Below are positions 45,651 through 55,364 of a DNA stretch of 64,000 nucleotides, one piece after another (the first letter of the stretch is position 1; each line of letters begins with the position of its first letter). The stretch lies in NCBI GenBank assembly GCA_002506825.1, contig DAYH01000023.1, positions 5,593 to 69,592 on the forward strand, written 5' to 3'. The notes below the pieces were generated by a model. The model searched no databases and was not told the origin of the DNA. It saw only the letters and a program-made list of their open reading frames with translations. Made by a program: the position numbers and the translations under genes. This DNA is from Euryarchaeota archaeon UBA103 (GTDB taxonomy: Archaea; Thermoplasmatota; Poseidoniia; Poseidoniales; Thalassarchaeaceae).

Positions 45651-46520
45651 ATGGCGGCGATAGTTCTTGATGGGAAAGAAATAGCCCGTGAGATTGAAGA
45701 AGAGCTGAAGGGCCGAATTGGCGATTTATCGAAAGATGGTGTGACGCCCTGTCTTGCAGTCGTAATAGTCGGAAATGACCCAGCTTCTCACGTCTATGTC
45801 GGTGCAAAGGAGCGTGCTTGCGCACGGTTAGGAATTAGGAGCTTGCGAGTGGATATAGCCCCTGATGCCGAGTATGGGGAAGTTGTTTCAACAGTTAGGC
45901 GCCTCAATGAAGATCCGGGGGTCAACGGGGTCCTAGTTCAGTCCCCACTTCCATCGGGAATGGATGAGATCTCAATCACAGATCTTATTGACCCAATCAA
46001 GGATGTTGACGGCTTTCATGCGCAAAACCTTGGGAGGCTGGTTCAAGGAGATGTGAGTGGGTTGCTTCCCTGTACCCCTGCCGGAGTAATGCGGATGCTC
46101 GAAAGAGCAGAATTAGATTTGAGAGGGAAGAGAGCTGTCGTCATAGGACGTAGTAGGATAGTTGGTATGCCCCAGTCCCTCCTACTGGCGCAGAGAGGAG
46201 TAGATGCAACAGTCACAATAGCTCATTCGAGAACTGCCGATATGGCTGATTTATGTCGGGATGCAGATTTGATAGTTGCCGCCGTTGGAAGTCCAAACAT
46301 GATCACCGCAGAATGGGTAAAACCGGGAGCGACTGTTATTGATGTTGGTGTGAATCGTGTGGCTGATAATTCAGAGAAGGGGTACTATCTTACTGGGGAC
46401 GTTCATCCTGATGTTTTGGATGTTGCTGGTGCCCTCTCTCCAGTCCCGGGGGGAGTGGGGCCGATGACTATCGCGATGCTGATGTCAAACACCGTCAGAG
46501 CTACTGAGATGCAACATTGA
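45651..46520 (+). CDS. folD: bifunctional methylenetetrahydrofolate dehydrogenase / methenyl-THF cyclohydrolase
   Basis: The N-terminus AAIVLDGKEIAREIEEELK, the motifs YVGAKERAC and DVDGFH, and the C-terminal PVPGGVGPMTIAMLM are typical of FolD. Confidence 0.9.
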   Translation: MAAIVLDGKEIAREIEEELKGRIGDLSKDGVTPCLAVVIVGNDPASHVYVGAKERACARLGIRSLRVDIAPDAEYGEVVSTVRRLNEDPGVNGVLVQSPLPSGMDEISITDLIDPIKDVDGFHAQNLGRLVQGDVSGLLPCTPAGVMRMLERAELDLRGKRAVVIGRSRIVGMPQSLLLAQRGVDATVTIAHSRTADMADLCRDADLIVAAVGSPNMITAEWVKPGATVIDVGVNRVADNSEKGYYLTGDVHPDVLDVAGALSPVPGGVGPMTIAMLMSNTVRATEMQH

Positions 46521-46522
46521 TT

Positions 46523-46840
46523 TCAGAAAATACCCATGTCTATTCTGGCATCCTCTGATGCATGTTTCCTCGGATCCCAAAGAGGGGAGAATGTAAGATT
46601 GACATGTACCGAGCCAACTCCTTCTGTCTGTTCAGTGGCCCTATGGACGGCCGCCATCAATTCTGGGGCAATTGGGCAACCAGGACTAGTTAGTGTCATA
46701 TCCACCTCTATATGGGTGCCGCCATCTTTGTCCTCGGCCCTTATTCCATAAATTAGACCGAGCTCTATAACTGAAATTTTCATCTCAGGGTCCTCTACTG
46801 ACCTCAGAGACTCCCTAACATCGGATTCTACAGACATCAT
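46523..46840 (-). CDS. DUF59 / MIP18-family Fe-S assembly protein (SufT-like)
   Basis: The motifs VEDPEMKISVIELGLIYGI and LTSPGCPIA are diagnostic of DUF59. Length is 105 aa. Confidence 0.8.
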   Translation of the reverse strand: MMSVESDVRESLRSVEDPEMKISVIELGLIYGIRAEDKDGGTHIEVDMTLTSPGCPIAPELMAAVHRATEQTEGVGSVHVNLTFSPLWDPRKHASEDARIDMGIF

Positions 46841-46841
46841 A

Positions 46842-47270
46842 TCACATCAGGGTTGAGGCTTCTTCCTTCACTTTCTTGACCATGTTCATGAATCCATTGG
46901 CCCTGCTAGGAGTCAAAATCTGACTTAGTCCCATTTCTTCAACATATGAGGGATCGTGATTAGCCACCTCGCTAGGAGGGAGTCCATTTACTGCGATTGC
47001 AGTAATTGCCATCAGACCCTGTACAATCTGGGCATCTGCGCCCCCTTTGGCGACAAATCCACCTTGAGAGTCGAGACTGCATTCGACATGGGCCCTCGAT
47101 TGGCATCCATGGACCATGTTCTCGTCGTCCCATTCATCAATGGCTAGTGATGACGGATGCTTGTTAGCATACTCAAATAGCAGTTCATACCTCTCCATGG
47201 TATCGAAACAAGATTGGAATCTATCGATGATACTAGTCACCTCTTCGGACCATTGGTCGGAGTCACCCAT
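46842..47270 (-). CDS. sufE: SufE-like sulfur acceptor
   Basis: It has the motif VHGCQSRAHV (active-site Cys loop) and the SufE-like N-terminus RFQSCFDTMERYELLFEY. I chose the ATG at 47270. The track start (TTG at 47315) would overlap the sufS stop. Confidence 0.75.
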   Translation of the reverse strand: MGDSDQWSEEVTSIIDRFQSCFDTMERYELLFEYANKHPSSLAIDEWDDENMVHGCQSRAHVECSLDSQGGFVAKGGADAQIVQGLMAITAIAVNGLPPSEVANHDPSYVEEMGLSQILTPSRANGFMNMVKKVKEEASTLM

Positions 47271-47311
47271 GCCTGTGCGAAAGGCGATTAGGATTTCACA
47301 ATTCTGGCGCT

Positions 47312-48541
47312 TCAACCAAATTTAGAAACGATTGATTCGAGATGGGTAACAAAAGCTTCAGCCTCTTCCATGGTATTGTATATCCAAACAGATGCACGAT
47401 TGGTTGAGCCCACTCCCATAGCCTCCATCAGGGGCTGGGCGCAGTGATGCCCGGTCCTTACTGCAAAACCTCCAGCATCCAGCAAGTATCCTAAATCTTG
47501 GGCTTGGATTGTATCGTGTAAGAAAGAGACAACCCCGATTGCTTCTTCCATCTCTGGGAATCCAAAGACTGTGATGCCGGGTATTTTACGCATCCTAGTG
47601 GCCATCCATGAAGCGATACTCTGAACATGTTTGTGTGCCTCCTCGAAGTCGATATTCTCCTCTAGCCAGTCAACAGCTACTCCCCATCCAATTGCTTCTG
47701 CCATTCTTGGAGTTCCGGTCTCAAACATTGCATATCCTTCTTGGAACTGAGTCCCTTCTAGTGAGACCCTCTTGACTATCGATCCCCCCGTCAGGAATGG
47801 CCCCATTTCTGATAAAGCGTCTTTACTCACCAGAAGGCATCCTATTCCAGTGGGCCCGCCCATCTTGTGTGCCGCGACCGACAAGAAATCGGCGCCTAAG
47901 TCGTCGAAGAAGATCTTCTCATGAGGAGCCCCTTGGGCACTATCTATTGCCACTCTGGCACCCTGTGAATGTGCCATTTTGATAACTCTCTCAATATCAT
48001 TCCTAACTCCTAGAACATTACTTACATGGCCCACACATACTAGTGATGATCCTTCAATTGCTACTTCCATGGCATCGTAGTCAAGAGTGAATTTTTCAGT
48101 ATCTATTGGAACATATCTTAGCTCTATACCTCGTTCCTTGGATAGCTCTTGCCATGGAACAATATTTGCATGGTGCTCCATTTCCGTAGTTACTACTACA
48201 TCGCCTTCATTCAGATTGTATCTCGCCCACCCATATGCAACTAAGTTCATCGCCTCTGTAGCGCTACCAGTGTAAATCATCTGTCCCTCGGATGTTCCTA
48301 AGAACTTCGAAATCCTATCTCTGGCACCCTCGAGTGCCGCTGTAGATTCATCTGCTAGAGTATGATTTGCCCTGTGGGCATTTGCGTGATAGTTCTTGTA
48401 AAAATCGGACATAGCATCAATGACAGCAAGTGGTTTCTGAGAGGTTGCGGCATTGTCAAAGTAGACTAGCTTTTTTCCATTCGGTAGTGTTCTCTGCAAG
48501 ATTGGGAACTGAGAACGAATCAATTCAACGTCTAGAGGCAT
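47312..48541 (-). CDS. sufS: cysteine desulfurase, SufS type (class V aminotransferase)
   Basis: The N-terminus FPILQ...VYFDNAATSQKP is typical. The PLP lysine region is SVAAHKMGGPTGIGCL, and the active-site region is RTGHHCAQP. Confidence 0.9.
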   Translation of the reverse strand: MPLDVELIRSQFPILQRTLPNGKKLVYFDNAATSQKPLAVIDAMSDFYKNYHANAHRANHTLADESTAALEGARDRISKFLGTSEGQMIYTGSATEAMNLVAYGWARYNLNEGDVVVTTEMEHHANIVPWQELSKERGIELRYVPIDTEKFTLDYDAMEVAIEGSSLVCVGHVSNVLGVRNDIERVIKMAHSQGARVAIDSAQGAPHEKIFFDDLGADFLSVAAHKMGGPTGIGCLLVSKDALSEMGPFLTGGSIVKRVSLEGTQFQEGYAMFETGTPRMAEAIGWGVAVDWLEENIDFEEAHKHVQSIASWMATRMRKIPGITVFGFPEMEEAIGVVSFLHDTIQAQDLGYLLDAGGFAVRTGHHCAQPLMEAMGVGSTNRASVWIYNTMEEAEAFVTHLESIVSKFG

Positions 48542-48640
48542 GGCATCTTCCCCATGTGCTGGTCGGGGTTCAGAATATCAATTCGACCGTGTAGAATTCT
48601 CAAGAAATCCTTTCTAAGTTGATTTTTCAGGAATGGATTT

Positions 48641-49117
48641 ATGTTTCCAGACCCTGTTAGCTCTGCTATGAAGGACGGGAGGGGGCAGGATGTTGTTGAA
48701 CGGCTCGGGAGCAGGGACCTGAATGATGATGGGGAAATAATCAACCTAGCGATTGTTGGGTCAAGTAGGTACTATGACTATGCAAACTTCGAAGCTTTGA
48801 TTGATTCATGGATAGAGATTAACGGTTATCCAGACTTGATTATTGTCGGAGGCGCCAGTGGTGTTGACTACATGGCAGAGAGGTGGGCAGTGAATAATTC
48901 AATTCCAATAGCCATATTCTCTGAGGAATGGGATGATCCGAGGAGGGGGCTTGAAGACTCGGGTAGACCCGAGGCGCCGAACTCCCTAACTGAGAAGATT
49001 CTGTTATCTTCCAGCCATATATTTGCAATGCCCTCTGCAACCAGTAAATGGACCAGAGTGGTAATCAGAGAGGCCAAAGATAGAGGAGTTCCTATTGAGG
49101 TACATGAATTAGAGTAA
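48641..49117 (+). CDS. DUF2493 / SLOG-superfamily Rossmann-like protein
   Basis: LAIVGSSRYYDYANFEALID...LIIVGGASGVDYMAERWAVNNSIPIAIFSEEW matches the DUF2493 pattern (GGA.G.D..a..WA). Confidence 0.6.
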   Translation: MFPDPVSSAMKDGRGQDVVERLGSRDLNDDGEIINLAIVGSSRYYDYANFEALIDSWIEINGYPDLIIVGGASGVDYMAERWAVNNSIPIAIFSEEWDDPRRGLEDSGRPEAPNSLTEKILLSSSHIFAMPSATSKWTRVVIREAKDRGVPIEVHELE

Positions 49118-49119
49118 AT

Positions 49120-49197
49120 TGGTGCTCCTGCCGGGATTTGAACCCGGGTCGCCGGGATGAAAACCCGGTATGATGGACCGAACTACACCACAGGAGC
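49120..49197 (-). tRNA. tRNA-Glu (TTC), CCA encoded
   Basis: The reverse strand reads GCTCCTGTGGTGTAGTTCGGTCCATCATACCGGGTTTTCATCCCGGCGACCCGGGTTCAAATCCCGGCAGGAGCACCA. The anticodon loop is TT-TTC-AT. Confidence 0.9.
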
Positions 49198-49273
49198 TGA
49201 AGCATCGGACACACGGCCCACACATAATCGAATCGGGTAGAAGGACACTCTAAGTAACCTATATGGAAGCAGA

Positions 49274-49885
49274 TTACTCCTCTTCATCCAGCAGTGAATC
49301 CCACCAGCGTATAGCTGGCAAGAAAACTATCAGGGAAATTACAGTTAATGCAATCCAAACCAAAGGACTCGCTAGGAATTTTAGTAATTGATCCCCCCAG
49401 ACCCCGATCACGATTCCTTGGATTCCAAATCTCAATCCCCTCCCCCACAAACCTGCAATGATAAATTGACGCTTGTCCATTTCTCCCATGCCTGCTATCC
49501 AAGCCAGAGCCTTGTAGGGAATAGGCGATAATGCGGCAATGAATATCCCTGCACTCCCATATCTGTCAATAAGATTATCCAATCTAACAATGTGTTTTTT
49601 ATTGATTATCCTCTCAGCGAAATTACGCCCCAGAATCTTGCCGAGCCACCATCCAACAACCGCTCCCGCTACACTAGTCAGCGTCACTACGAGCCATATC
49701 AGGAATATTTCCATAGGCTGTCCTTGTGCGTCTAAGTACATTGGCAATGTTAGTGCTTCAGGAGGAATCGGTTGCAAAACTGCTTCGGTGAATGACAGGA
49801 TTCCCAACCCGGGAAGGCCTAGATCTAGTGACCACTCAATGTAGGAATCCCATGCATCCCAAAATTGACCGGGCAACAGTCCCAT
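49274..49885 (-). CDS. DedA/YqaA-family (VTT-domain) membrane protein
   Basis: GILSFTEAVLQPIPPEALTLPM matches the YqaA/DedA re-entrant-loop signature. It has about 5 TM helices and ends in -LLDEEE. Confidence 0.7.
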   Translation of the reverse strand: MGLLPGQFWDAWDSYIEWSLDLGLPGLGILSFTEAVLQPIPPEALTLPMYLDAQGQPMEIFLIWLVVTLTSVAGAVVGWWLGKILGRNFAERIINKKHIVRLDNLIDRYGSAGIFIAALSPIPYKALAWIAGMGEMDKRQFIIAGLWGRGLRFGIQGIVIGVWGDQLLKFLASPLVWIALTVISLIVFLPAIRWWDSLLDEEE

Positions 49886-49979
49886 ACATGGTCGTCGATG
49901 TCATTGCATTATGAAATAGTGGTATTTGTGAGGATTTCCATAGGCAAAACCAATGAAAGGGATGTGTGGCGTCTAGATT

Positions 49980-50474
49980 ATGGGAGAGGGCACGGTCTTG
50001 GATACATCAGCCTTGATTTCTTGGCCACTATCAGAACTAAGTGGATCCATGATTGTAAGTTCCCAGGTTAGCGAGCTGGAGAAGCATTCTCCCACACGAG
50101 CAGATATCATCGAGTCATTGGGATTGATAATTTCGGAACCCAGCATAGAGTCCCTCGCTACTATATCGGAGCTTGCAATGGAGACTGGAGATATGACTGG
50201 GATTTCTCAAACCGATCTGAGCTTGGTTGCGTTAGCACATTGTAGAGGTGCGACTCTGGTTACTGATGACTACAGAATGCAAAATCTGGCTGAGATTCTC
50301 GGAATGGAGTGGAGAGGGGCGATAATGGATGGAATCTCTGAAACCTGGAGATGGGAATTGAAATGCATTGGCTGTGGGACTGTATATGGATCTCCTGAGT
50401 CCCCCAGCCGTAACAAGAGAGTTTTGAAAGAGTGCAAAAATTGCGGAAGTGTGCTTAAACTGAGAAAGAAATGA
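49980..50474 (+). CDS. nob1: archaeal Nob1-like endonuclease (PIN domain + zinc ribbon)
   Basis: The PIN-like N-terminus reads VLDTSALI...LVTDDYRMQN. The C-terminal ribbon is CIGCG...CKNCG. Length is 164 aa. Confidence 0.75.
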   Translation: MGEGTVLDTSALISWPLSELSGSMIVSSQVSELEKHSPTRADIIESLGLIISEPSIESLATISELAMETGDMTGISQTDLSLVALAHCRGATLVTDDYRMQNLAEILGMEWRGAIMDGISETWRWELKCIGCGTVYGSPESPSRNKRVLKECKNCGSVLKLRKK

Positions 50475-50684
50475 TCACTCGCTTTCCATATCCACTTCAG
50501 CAGTCATTCCGCCCCTATCCATATCCTGTTCGGCCTTTGAAGGATTTGTTACTTCACTTACAGCCTTCTGATACTCGCCTTTTGCCAAACCGACATTCCT
50601 TGCAAGCTTCGGTATCTTATCTACTCCGAAAATTAGTACTCCAAAAACGACTAGCGCCACTATTTCGACGGTGCCAAGTGCCAT
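50475..50684 (-). CDS. tatA: twin-arginine translocase subunit TatA/E
   Basis: MALGTVEIVALVVFGVLIFGVDKIPKLARNVGLAKGEYQKA shows a TM helix plus amphipathic helix with the FG..K.P motif. Length is 69 aa. Confidence 0.8.
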   Translation of the reverse strand: MALGTVEIVALVVFGVLIFGVDKIPKLARNVGLAKGEYQKAVSEVTNPSKAEQDMDRGGMTAEVDMESE

Positions 50685-50738
50685 AGTATCAGAAGGTGGT
50701 AGGGGACATATCGATTCAATGCTTCGGAGGAAAAATGT

Positions 50739-51008
50739 CTAACCTCCTGAAACAGGAGGGAGAAATGCTACTTCTGAATGATCTTTGAGAGGGATTTCAA
50801 AATCTGAATAAATATTTCCATCTAGAGCCACTCTAAGTCCTTTAGAGACAAGATCTTCCAGATTTAATCGTGAAATCAGATCGATTAATTTTGTATCTTT
50901 GGATAAAGCGATTTCAACTTCTCTTTCCCCTATAGATTCGGCTAGTGGGCCGAAGAATAGCACTCTAACTATAATCGCACTACCACCTGGATGAGCTGGT
51001 GCGTCCAT
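50739..51008 (-). CDS. MoaD/ThiS-family ubiquitin-like protein (SAMP-like)
   Basis: The 89-aa beta-grasp-sized protein ends in PPVSGG (C-terminal diglycine). Confidence 0.75.
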   Translation of the reverse strand: MDAPAHPGGSAIIVRVLFFGPLAESIGEREVEIALSKDTKLIDLISRLNLEDLVSKGLRVALDGNIYSDFEIPLKDHSEVAFLPPVSGG

Positions 51009-51087
51009 GTTAATCTTAGAAGGTCCTCAGCAATCAATTCATCGATTACGAACTATACTAAATTAACATGGAGTGCCTGCGATAATC

Positions 51088-51789
51088 ATGAATAGCGTGA
51101 CTGCTGTCGTTTTCGACTGTGACGGCGTGCTCACTGATAATGGATCTTCTTGGCAAAATATTCATAGTAAATTTGGCACAGATTCCGCAGATGGCGGATC
51201 CCATAAAAAAACCTTAGAGATGTTCCTTGATGGGAAAATAACCGAAGAAGAATTTGTCGAACATGATATCAGGCTATGGAAGAGTGTGAAGTCTGACATA
51301 CACAGAGATGACATAATGAGGTGTTACAGCGGTGTGGGACTTATGGAAGGGGCCAGGGATGTTGTCGAGGAGCTTCATAACAGAGGAATATATGTCGCGA
51401 TAGTATCTTCTGGGGTCGACCTGTTTGTAGGTGCGATAGCAAATATGCTGAAGGTCGATGATTGGGCTGCCAATGGTTTTGAATGGGACGAAAACGGTTT
51501 CTTGGAGAGGGGGCTTCCGACTAGGGTATACTCTCATAATAAAGGACTAATGGTAGAGAAGCTTGCAAGGATAAATGGCTTTGAATCAAGTACAATCATA
51601 TCAATAGGAGACTCGAGTACTGACTTGTCTATGAAAATCGGTAAATCTTCTTTCGTTGGATTTAATCCGGCTAGGGAAAGAGCCTTGGAAGCGTTCATCG
51701 AATCAGGAGTTCCTGTAGTAGAAAGTAAGGACCTCAGAGATATTTGGCCATACATATTCAGTGGGGAAGAGTTTCCCAGAGAAGATTAA
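51088..51789 (+). CDS. HAD-superfamily hydrolase (phosphoserine-phosphatase-like, subfamily IB)
   Basis: Motif I is AVVFDCDGVLTD, motif II is VSSG, and motif IV is GDSSTD. I chose the ATG at 51088; the track start is a GTG at 51073. Confidence 0.6.
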   Translation: MNSVTAVVFDCDGVLTDNGSSWQNIHSKFGTDSADGGSHKKTLEMFLDGKITEEEFVEHDIRLWKSVKSDIHRDDIMRCYSGVGLMEGARDVVEELHNRGIYVAIVSSGVDLFVGAIANMLKVDDWAANGFEWDENGFLERGLPTRVYSHNKGLMVEKLARINGFESSTIISIGDSSTDLSMKIGKSSFVGFNPARERALEAFIESGVPVVESKDLRDIWPYIFSGEEFPRED

Positions 51790-53417
51790 GCGAAAGGAAT
51801 CGAGGCAGTGGCGAAGGTATGCAAATTAACTACAGTTAAGATACATGGTTTGGGTTGGAATCCCAGCATCCTCTGGAAATCTGTTTGATTCTGCCACGTC
51901 GAACTGTGTACCATGGTTGTTCCTTTGTAATTACCAACAAAATGACCATGTACATGCCCGGTAACAAAAATATCCGGCACTGTTGAAATTACCAAGTTAT
52001 CTTCTGGTTCTGGAGAAAGCGGAGTTTTTCCACCCCACGATGGGGCTAAGTGCCTTCTCTCCAGCATCGCTTGCATTGCTCTTTCTGGCTGAGAGTATGA
52101 AACAGATCTCAAAGTTGCAACGAAATCATCTATGCTCTTTCCATGATATGACAGCACCCTCACCCCATGTAAGCTGAAATCACATGGATTTCCTACAAAG
52201 GTAGCATCTGAATAGTCCTGCTGAACCTCTGGATCGAGCGCTGGTTGTGGCTCTGCGGGCCTTACCGCATCATGGTTCCCAGGAAGTATGATGACATCTA
52301 CCCAGTCTGGTAGTCCTTCGAGAAGTTTCGCAAGCTCCGAATACTGATTGAATAGATCCTTGATCGACAAGTGCCTGTCTTGACCGGGATAAATTCCAAC
52401 CCCATCAACTCCATCTCCACTTAGAACAAAATACTTGATTGTTTTAGCCAGTGGATCGTTATTGAACCATGTAATCATTTTCTCCCATTGGGGACCTAGG
52501 AATGTCATACTCCCGACATGCGTATCTGATAGGAAGGCGGCGGATACTGCTTGATCTTCTGCCGCCATAGATTTGGAATGCACGCCTAATGGAGGTAGGT
52601 GAATATCTTGAACGAAGAAAATTGGATCCCCCTCGCCTACAAGAAAATATCCACTAACCCCTACGACATCATCATCCATTAGTCCGTCCAAAGCTGGATG
52701 TACTTCAGAAGCATCCGATGGCGGCTTTACTATGCATCTAACCTGGGCTGTTTCGTCCTCGATAACGAACATCAAATTCTTACTCTTGGCCCACCGCATA
52801 TCAGTAGCGAGACCGACCATTGTCACCTCGTAGTCCCTGCTGGAATGTCTCTGGCGATTTCTCCAAGCTTCCGAGGCCGGAGTTGGCCTCCTTGGAAGCG
52901 AGTTTGCGGACAACATCATCGATCTGATCTTCTTTAGTCTGTCTGTGAAGCAGGATTTCATGTCTGACATCTTACCCTCGGTCACTGAGTTTCCAGTAAT
53001 ATCGAAATGAATCTCAATCTCAGAGTCTACATCAGTGGCGTGCATCGGAAAATCTGCCAGATTATATTGCTCCAAACCGTGTGGTCTAGGAGGAGGAGCT
53101 AGTTCGAGAGTCTCTGAAGGGGCTACAGTCCTACCCATGGATGAGTGACTATTAGGATTTGGAAGAGTAACTTGTCGTGTTTTTGGAGATTCTGCTTGCA
53201 TATTTTCGACTGATGTAGATGCTGTAATGGAAAGTAGTTCGCTAATAGTTCGGAAGTCTAGAATTTTCACTCCAGACGCCCTAGCGGCTTGGATAAGAGG
53301 CTGTAGGTCTTCCAATTCCTGTATTATTTGCTGTGACTTCCTGCCGATTACAAGAATACCTGAAGAAGCCAAAATTCGCTGTCTTGCAGGCCAATCGTCC
53401 GAGACCATGTCAGTCAA
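51786..53417 (-). CDS. DNA polymerase II (PolD) small subunit DP1
   Basis: Calcineurin-like phosphoesterase motifs are present (FLSDTHVGS, LSGDGVDG, LPGNHD, VTGHVH). They are preceded by an OB-fold region. Length and layout are typical of archaeal DP1. Confidence 0.85.
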   Translation of the reverse strand: MTDMVSDDWPARQRILASSGILVIGRKSQQIIQELEDLQPLIQAARASGVKILDFRTISELLSITASTSVENMQAESPKTRQVTLPNPNSHSSMGRTVAPSETLELAPPPRPHGLEQYNLADFPMHATDVDSEIEIHFDITGNSVTEGKMSDMKSCFTDRLKKIRSMMLSANSLPRRPTPASEAWRNRQRHSSRDYEVTMVGLATDMRWAKSKNLMFVIEDETAQVRCIVKPPSDASEVHPALDGLMDDDVVGVSGYFLVGEGDPIFFVQDIHLPPLGVHSKSMAAEDQAVSAAFLSDTHVGSMTFLGPQWEKMITWFNNDPLAKTIKYFVLSGDGVDGVGIYPGQDRHLSIKDLFNQYSELAKLLEGLPDWVDVIILPGNHDAVRPAEPQPALDPEVQQDYSDATFVGNPCDFSLHGVRVLSYHGKSIDDFVATLRSVSYSQPERAMQAMLERRHLAPSWGGKTPLSPEPEDNLVISTVPDIFVTGHVHGHFVGNYKGTTMVHSSTWQNQTDFQRMLGFQPKPCILTVVNLHTFATASIPFA

Positions 53418-53462
53418 GGGAGAAGGTCACCTCATGATGATATCGCTAAAGGACTTGTGAAA

Positions 53463-54173
53463 CTACTCTTTGTCGTCCCAATCGGTCAAAGATGCTAAGT
53501 CCACCTTTCCTATATCTTCTGCGACTGTTCTAGGACTTTTCTGCCACTCTAAGCTCCCCTCCCACTCCTCAGAAGAGGGATCTAGCTGAGAAGTGTCAAA
53601 TGATCCTTCGGATGCATCTTTGTTCAATGCCTCCTCCACAACGGCCTCATTCTCATCAACCCTATCCAAGGCCTCAAGAGTTAGTCTAAGGGCGAAGGCA
53701 GCGAATGACCTTTTGTTGTCTAATCTATCATTGTCTCCAAAATCCATTCTCCTCGACAGGAAGTAGTCTCCCGCTATGACTGCAACATGGACCCTGCCTA
53801 CTTCCTTGTTACTTGTTGACCCCCCGGGTCCGGCAATTCCCGTAATTCCTATCGAAACATTGGAGTCGGATTGAAATTTAGCCCCCTGGGCCATCTGAAT
53901 TGCAACCTCATGGGATACTGCGCCCGCATCATCACTATCGAATGCCGTCTTTTCTACGCCTAGTTCCCTCATCTTAGATTCATTGGAATAGGTAATCCAA
54001 CCTTGATTGAACCATGCAGAAGCCCCGGAAATATCCGTTATCAGGGAAGCTACTAGTCCTCCTGTGCAGGATTCCGCCACAGAAACGGTCCAGTCCCTCT
54101 TCCTAAGCCTTCTAGCAACGCGGGACGCTAGTCCAGCTGTCTCTTCAACCACGCAACGTCCCGCCGGCATCAC
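53463..54173 (-). CDS. CinA C-terminal domain / nicotinamide-nucleotide amidohydrolase (PncC-like) with acidic C-terminal extension
   Basis: The motifs SVAESCTGGLVASLITDISGAS and GITGIAGP are diagnostic of the CinA-C domain. Confidence 0.8.
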   Translation of the reverse strand: MMPAGRCVVEETAGLASRVARRLRKRDWTVSVAESCTGGLVASLITDISGASAWFNQGWITYSNESKMRELGVEKTAFDSDDAGAVSHEVAIQMAQGAKFQSDSNVSIGITGIAGPGGSTSNKEVGRVHVAVIAGDYFLSRRMDFGDNDRLDNKRSFAAFALRLTLEALDRVDENEAVVEEALNKDASEGSFDTSQLDPSSEEWEGSLEWQKSPRTVAEDIGKVDLASLTDWDDKE

Positions 54174-54230
54174 TTATTGAATATTCAGTAAATTGAATGA
54201 TTCCACCTGTACTTGAATTACGAAAAATAT

Positions 54231-54306
54231 TGGTGGGTCCGGCAGGAATTGAACCTGCGATCTTCGCTTTGTAAGAGCAACGTCATAACCCCTAGACCAC
54301 GGACCC
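54231..54306 (-). tRNA. tRNA-Val (TAC), CCA encoded
   Basis: The reverse strand reads GGGTCCGTGGTCTAGGGGTTATGACGTTGCTCTTACAAAGCGAAGATCGCAGGTTCAATTCCTGCCGGACCCACCA. The anticodon loop is CT-TAC-AA. Confidence 0.88.
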
Positions 54307-54368
54307 TATACAGTCGGGGGGGCGTTGTGTTCAAATGGACTGCGGCTAAAGGAGTGCTGAGAGAAACC

Positions 54369-55355
54369 ATGTCCGAAGTAACTGATCTAGTAGAAATGCT
54401 AGAAAAAACAGGGATTCCAATGAGTAATGAGGTAATTGAAGCGTTACTAAATACTAAACCTTCAGATTTTACAGATTTTCCTTTGGAAAGCTTCTGGCAT
54501 GACTTTCCTGTCCCTTTTCTTGTAACCGATTCGGGAGTAACAAAAACGATTTCTGCCCCTCACATGATAGTGACCATGCTTCATCACCTAGAGCTGGATG
54601 AGGGACTTCACGTTCTTCTTATGGGGTCCAAAGGAGGATATTTGGCCACTCTGATAGATTTGATTTGCGGACATGGCGGTAAAGTCACCATAATAGAGCC
54701 GCATGATGAGATAGCCGAACATACTTCGAATGTTCTTGAGGGCCGTGAGCAATGTGGTTTAATCCGTGTTCTGGGGAAGGAGGCTTTGGAAGATCCATTC
54801 TGGGATAGGGACGTAGACAGGGTTCTTTTCACAGGCTCCATCAGAGAAATACCAAGTTTTGTCGAGTTGCTAATTGAGGAGGGCGGATTTATTCTAGGAC
54901 CATTTGGCGGCAGGATTCAACAGAGGCTAATGAAAAAGGAGTGGCAAGGTGGCACTTGGCTTGAAACCGATTTAGGAGGGGTGGTTTTCGGACCCATGGA
55001 CATCAGAGAGTCGGAAAGGGGTTTTCCCGACCCTTTGTTCATAGCAGATGAGTTCGAGGATGCATTGATATTGATTTCATCGGTTCTCGGCGAGAGTTCC
55101 GAGGAGGTTTACAGACTGGAAAGACTTGTAGAATCACTAAGAGGACTCCCCCCTGGGCTTCCAGAGATCACTGATAGCTTCACTGAAGAGGAAATTATTG
55201 AACATCCAGTAATCGAGCTGCTGATGACTGAAGCTGAATGGCTAAATGACCTATGGCCGACTTTCGTCGACATACTTGGATTCGATCTTGAGGGAAGAGT
55301 TCCAGATTTAGAAGAGCCACTTTTTGGAAAAAGGCATGCAGACTTCACCCCCTAG
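54369..55355 (+). CDS. pcm: protein-L-isoaspartate O-methyltransferase-family protein with C-terminal extension
   Basis: TISAPHMIVTMLHHLELDEGLHVLLMGSKGGYLATLI matches the PIMT signature (tiSaPhm...l.l..g..vLeiGsGsGY). The first 52 codons of the track ORF overlap tRNA-Val, so I chose the ATG at 54369. Confidence 0.65.
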   Translation: MSEVTDLVEMLEKTGIPMSNEVIEALLNTKPSDFTDFPLESFWHDFPVPFLVTDSGVTKTISAPHMIVTMLHHLELDEGLHVLLMGSKGGYLATLIDLICGHGGKVTIIEPHDEIAEHTSNVLEGREQCGLIRVLGKEALEDPFWDRDVDRVLFTGSIREIPSFVELLIEEGGFILGPFGGRIQQRLMKKEWQGGTWLETDLGGVVFGPMDIRESERGFPDPLFIADEFEDALILISSVLGESSEEVYRLERLVESLRGLPPGLPEITDSFTEEEIIEHPVIELLMTEAEWLNDLWPTFVDILGFDLEGRVPDLEEPLFGKRHADFTP

Positions 55356-55364
55356 CTATATTCT

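Noticed and set aside
54213-54368. N-terminal 52 codons of track ORF 54213..55355.
   Set aside because: This stretch overlaps tRNA-Val (54231-54306) on the opposite strand. The PIMT-like homology begins after the ATG at 54369.
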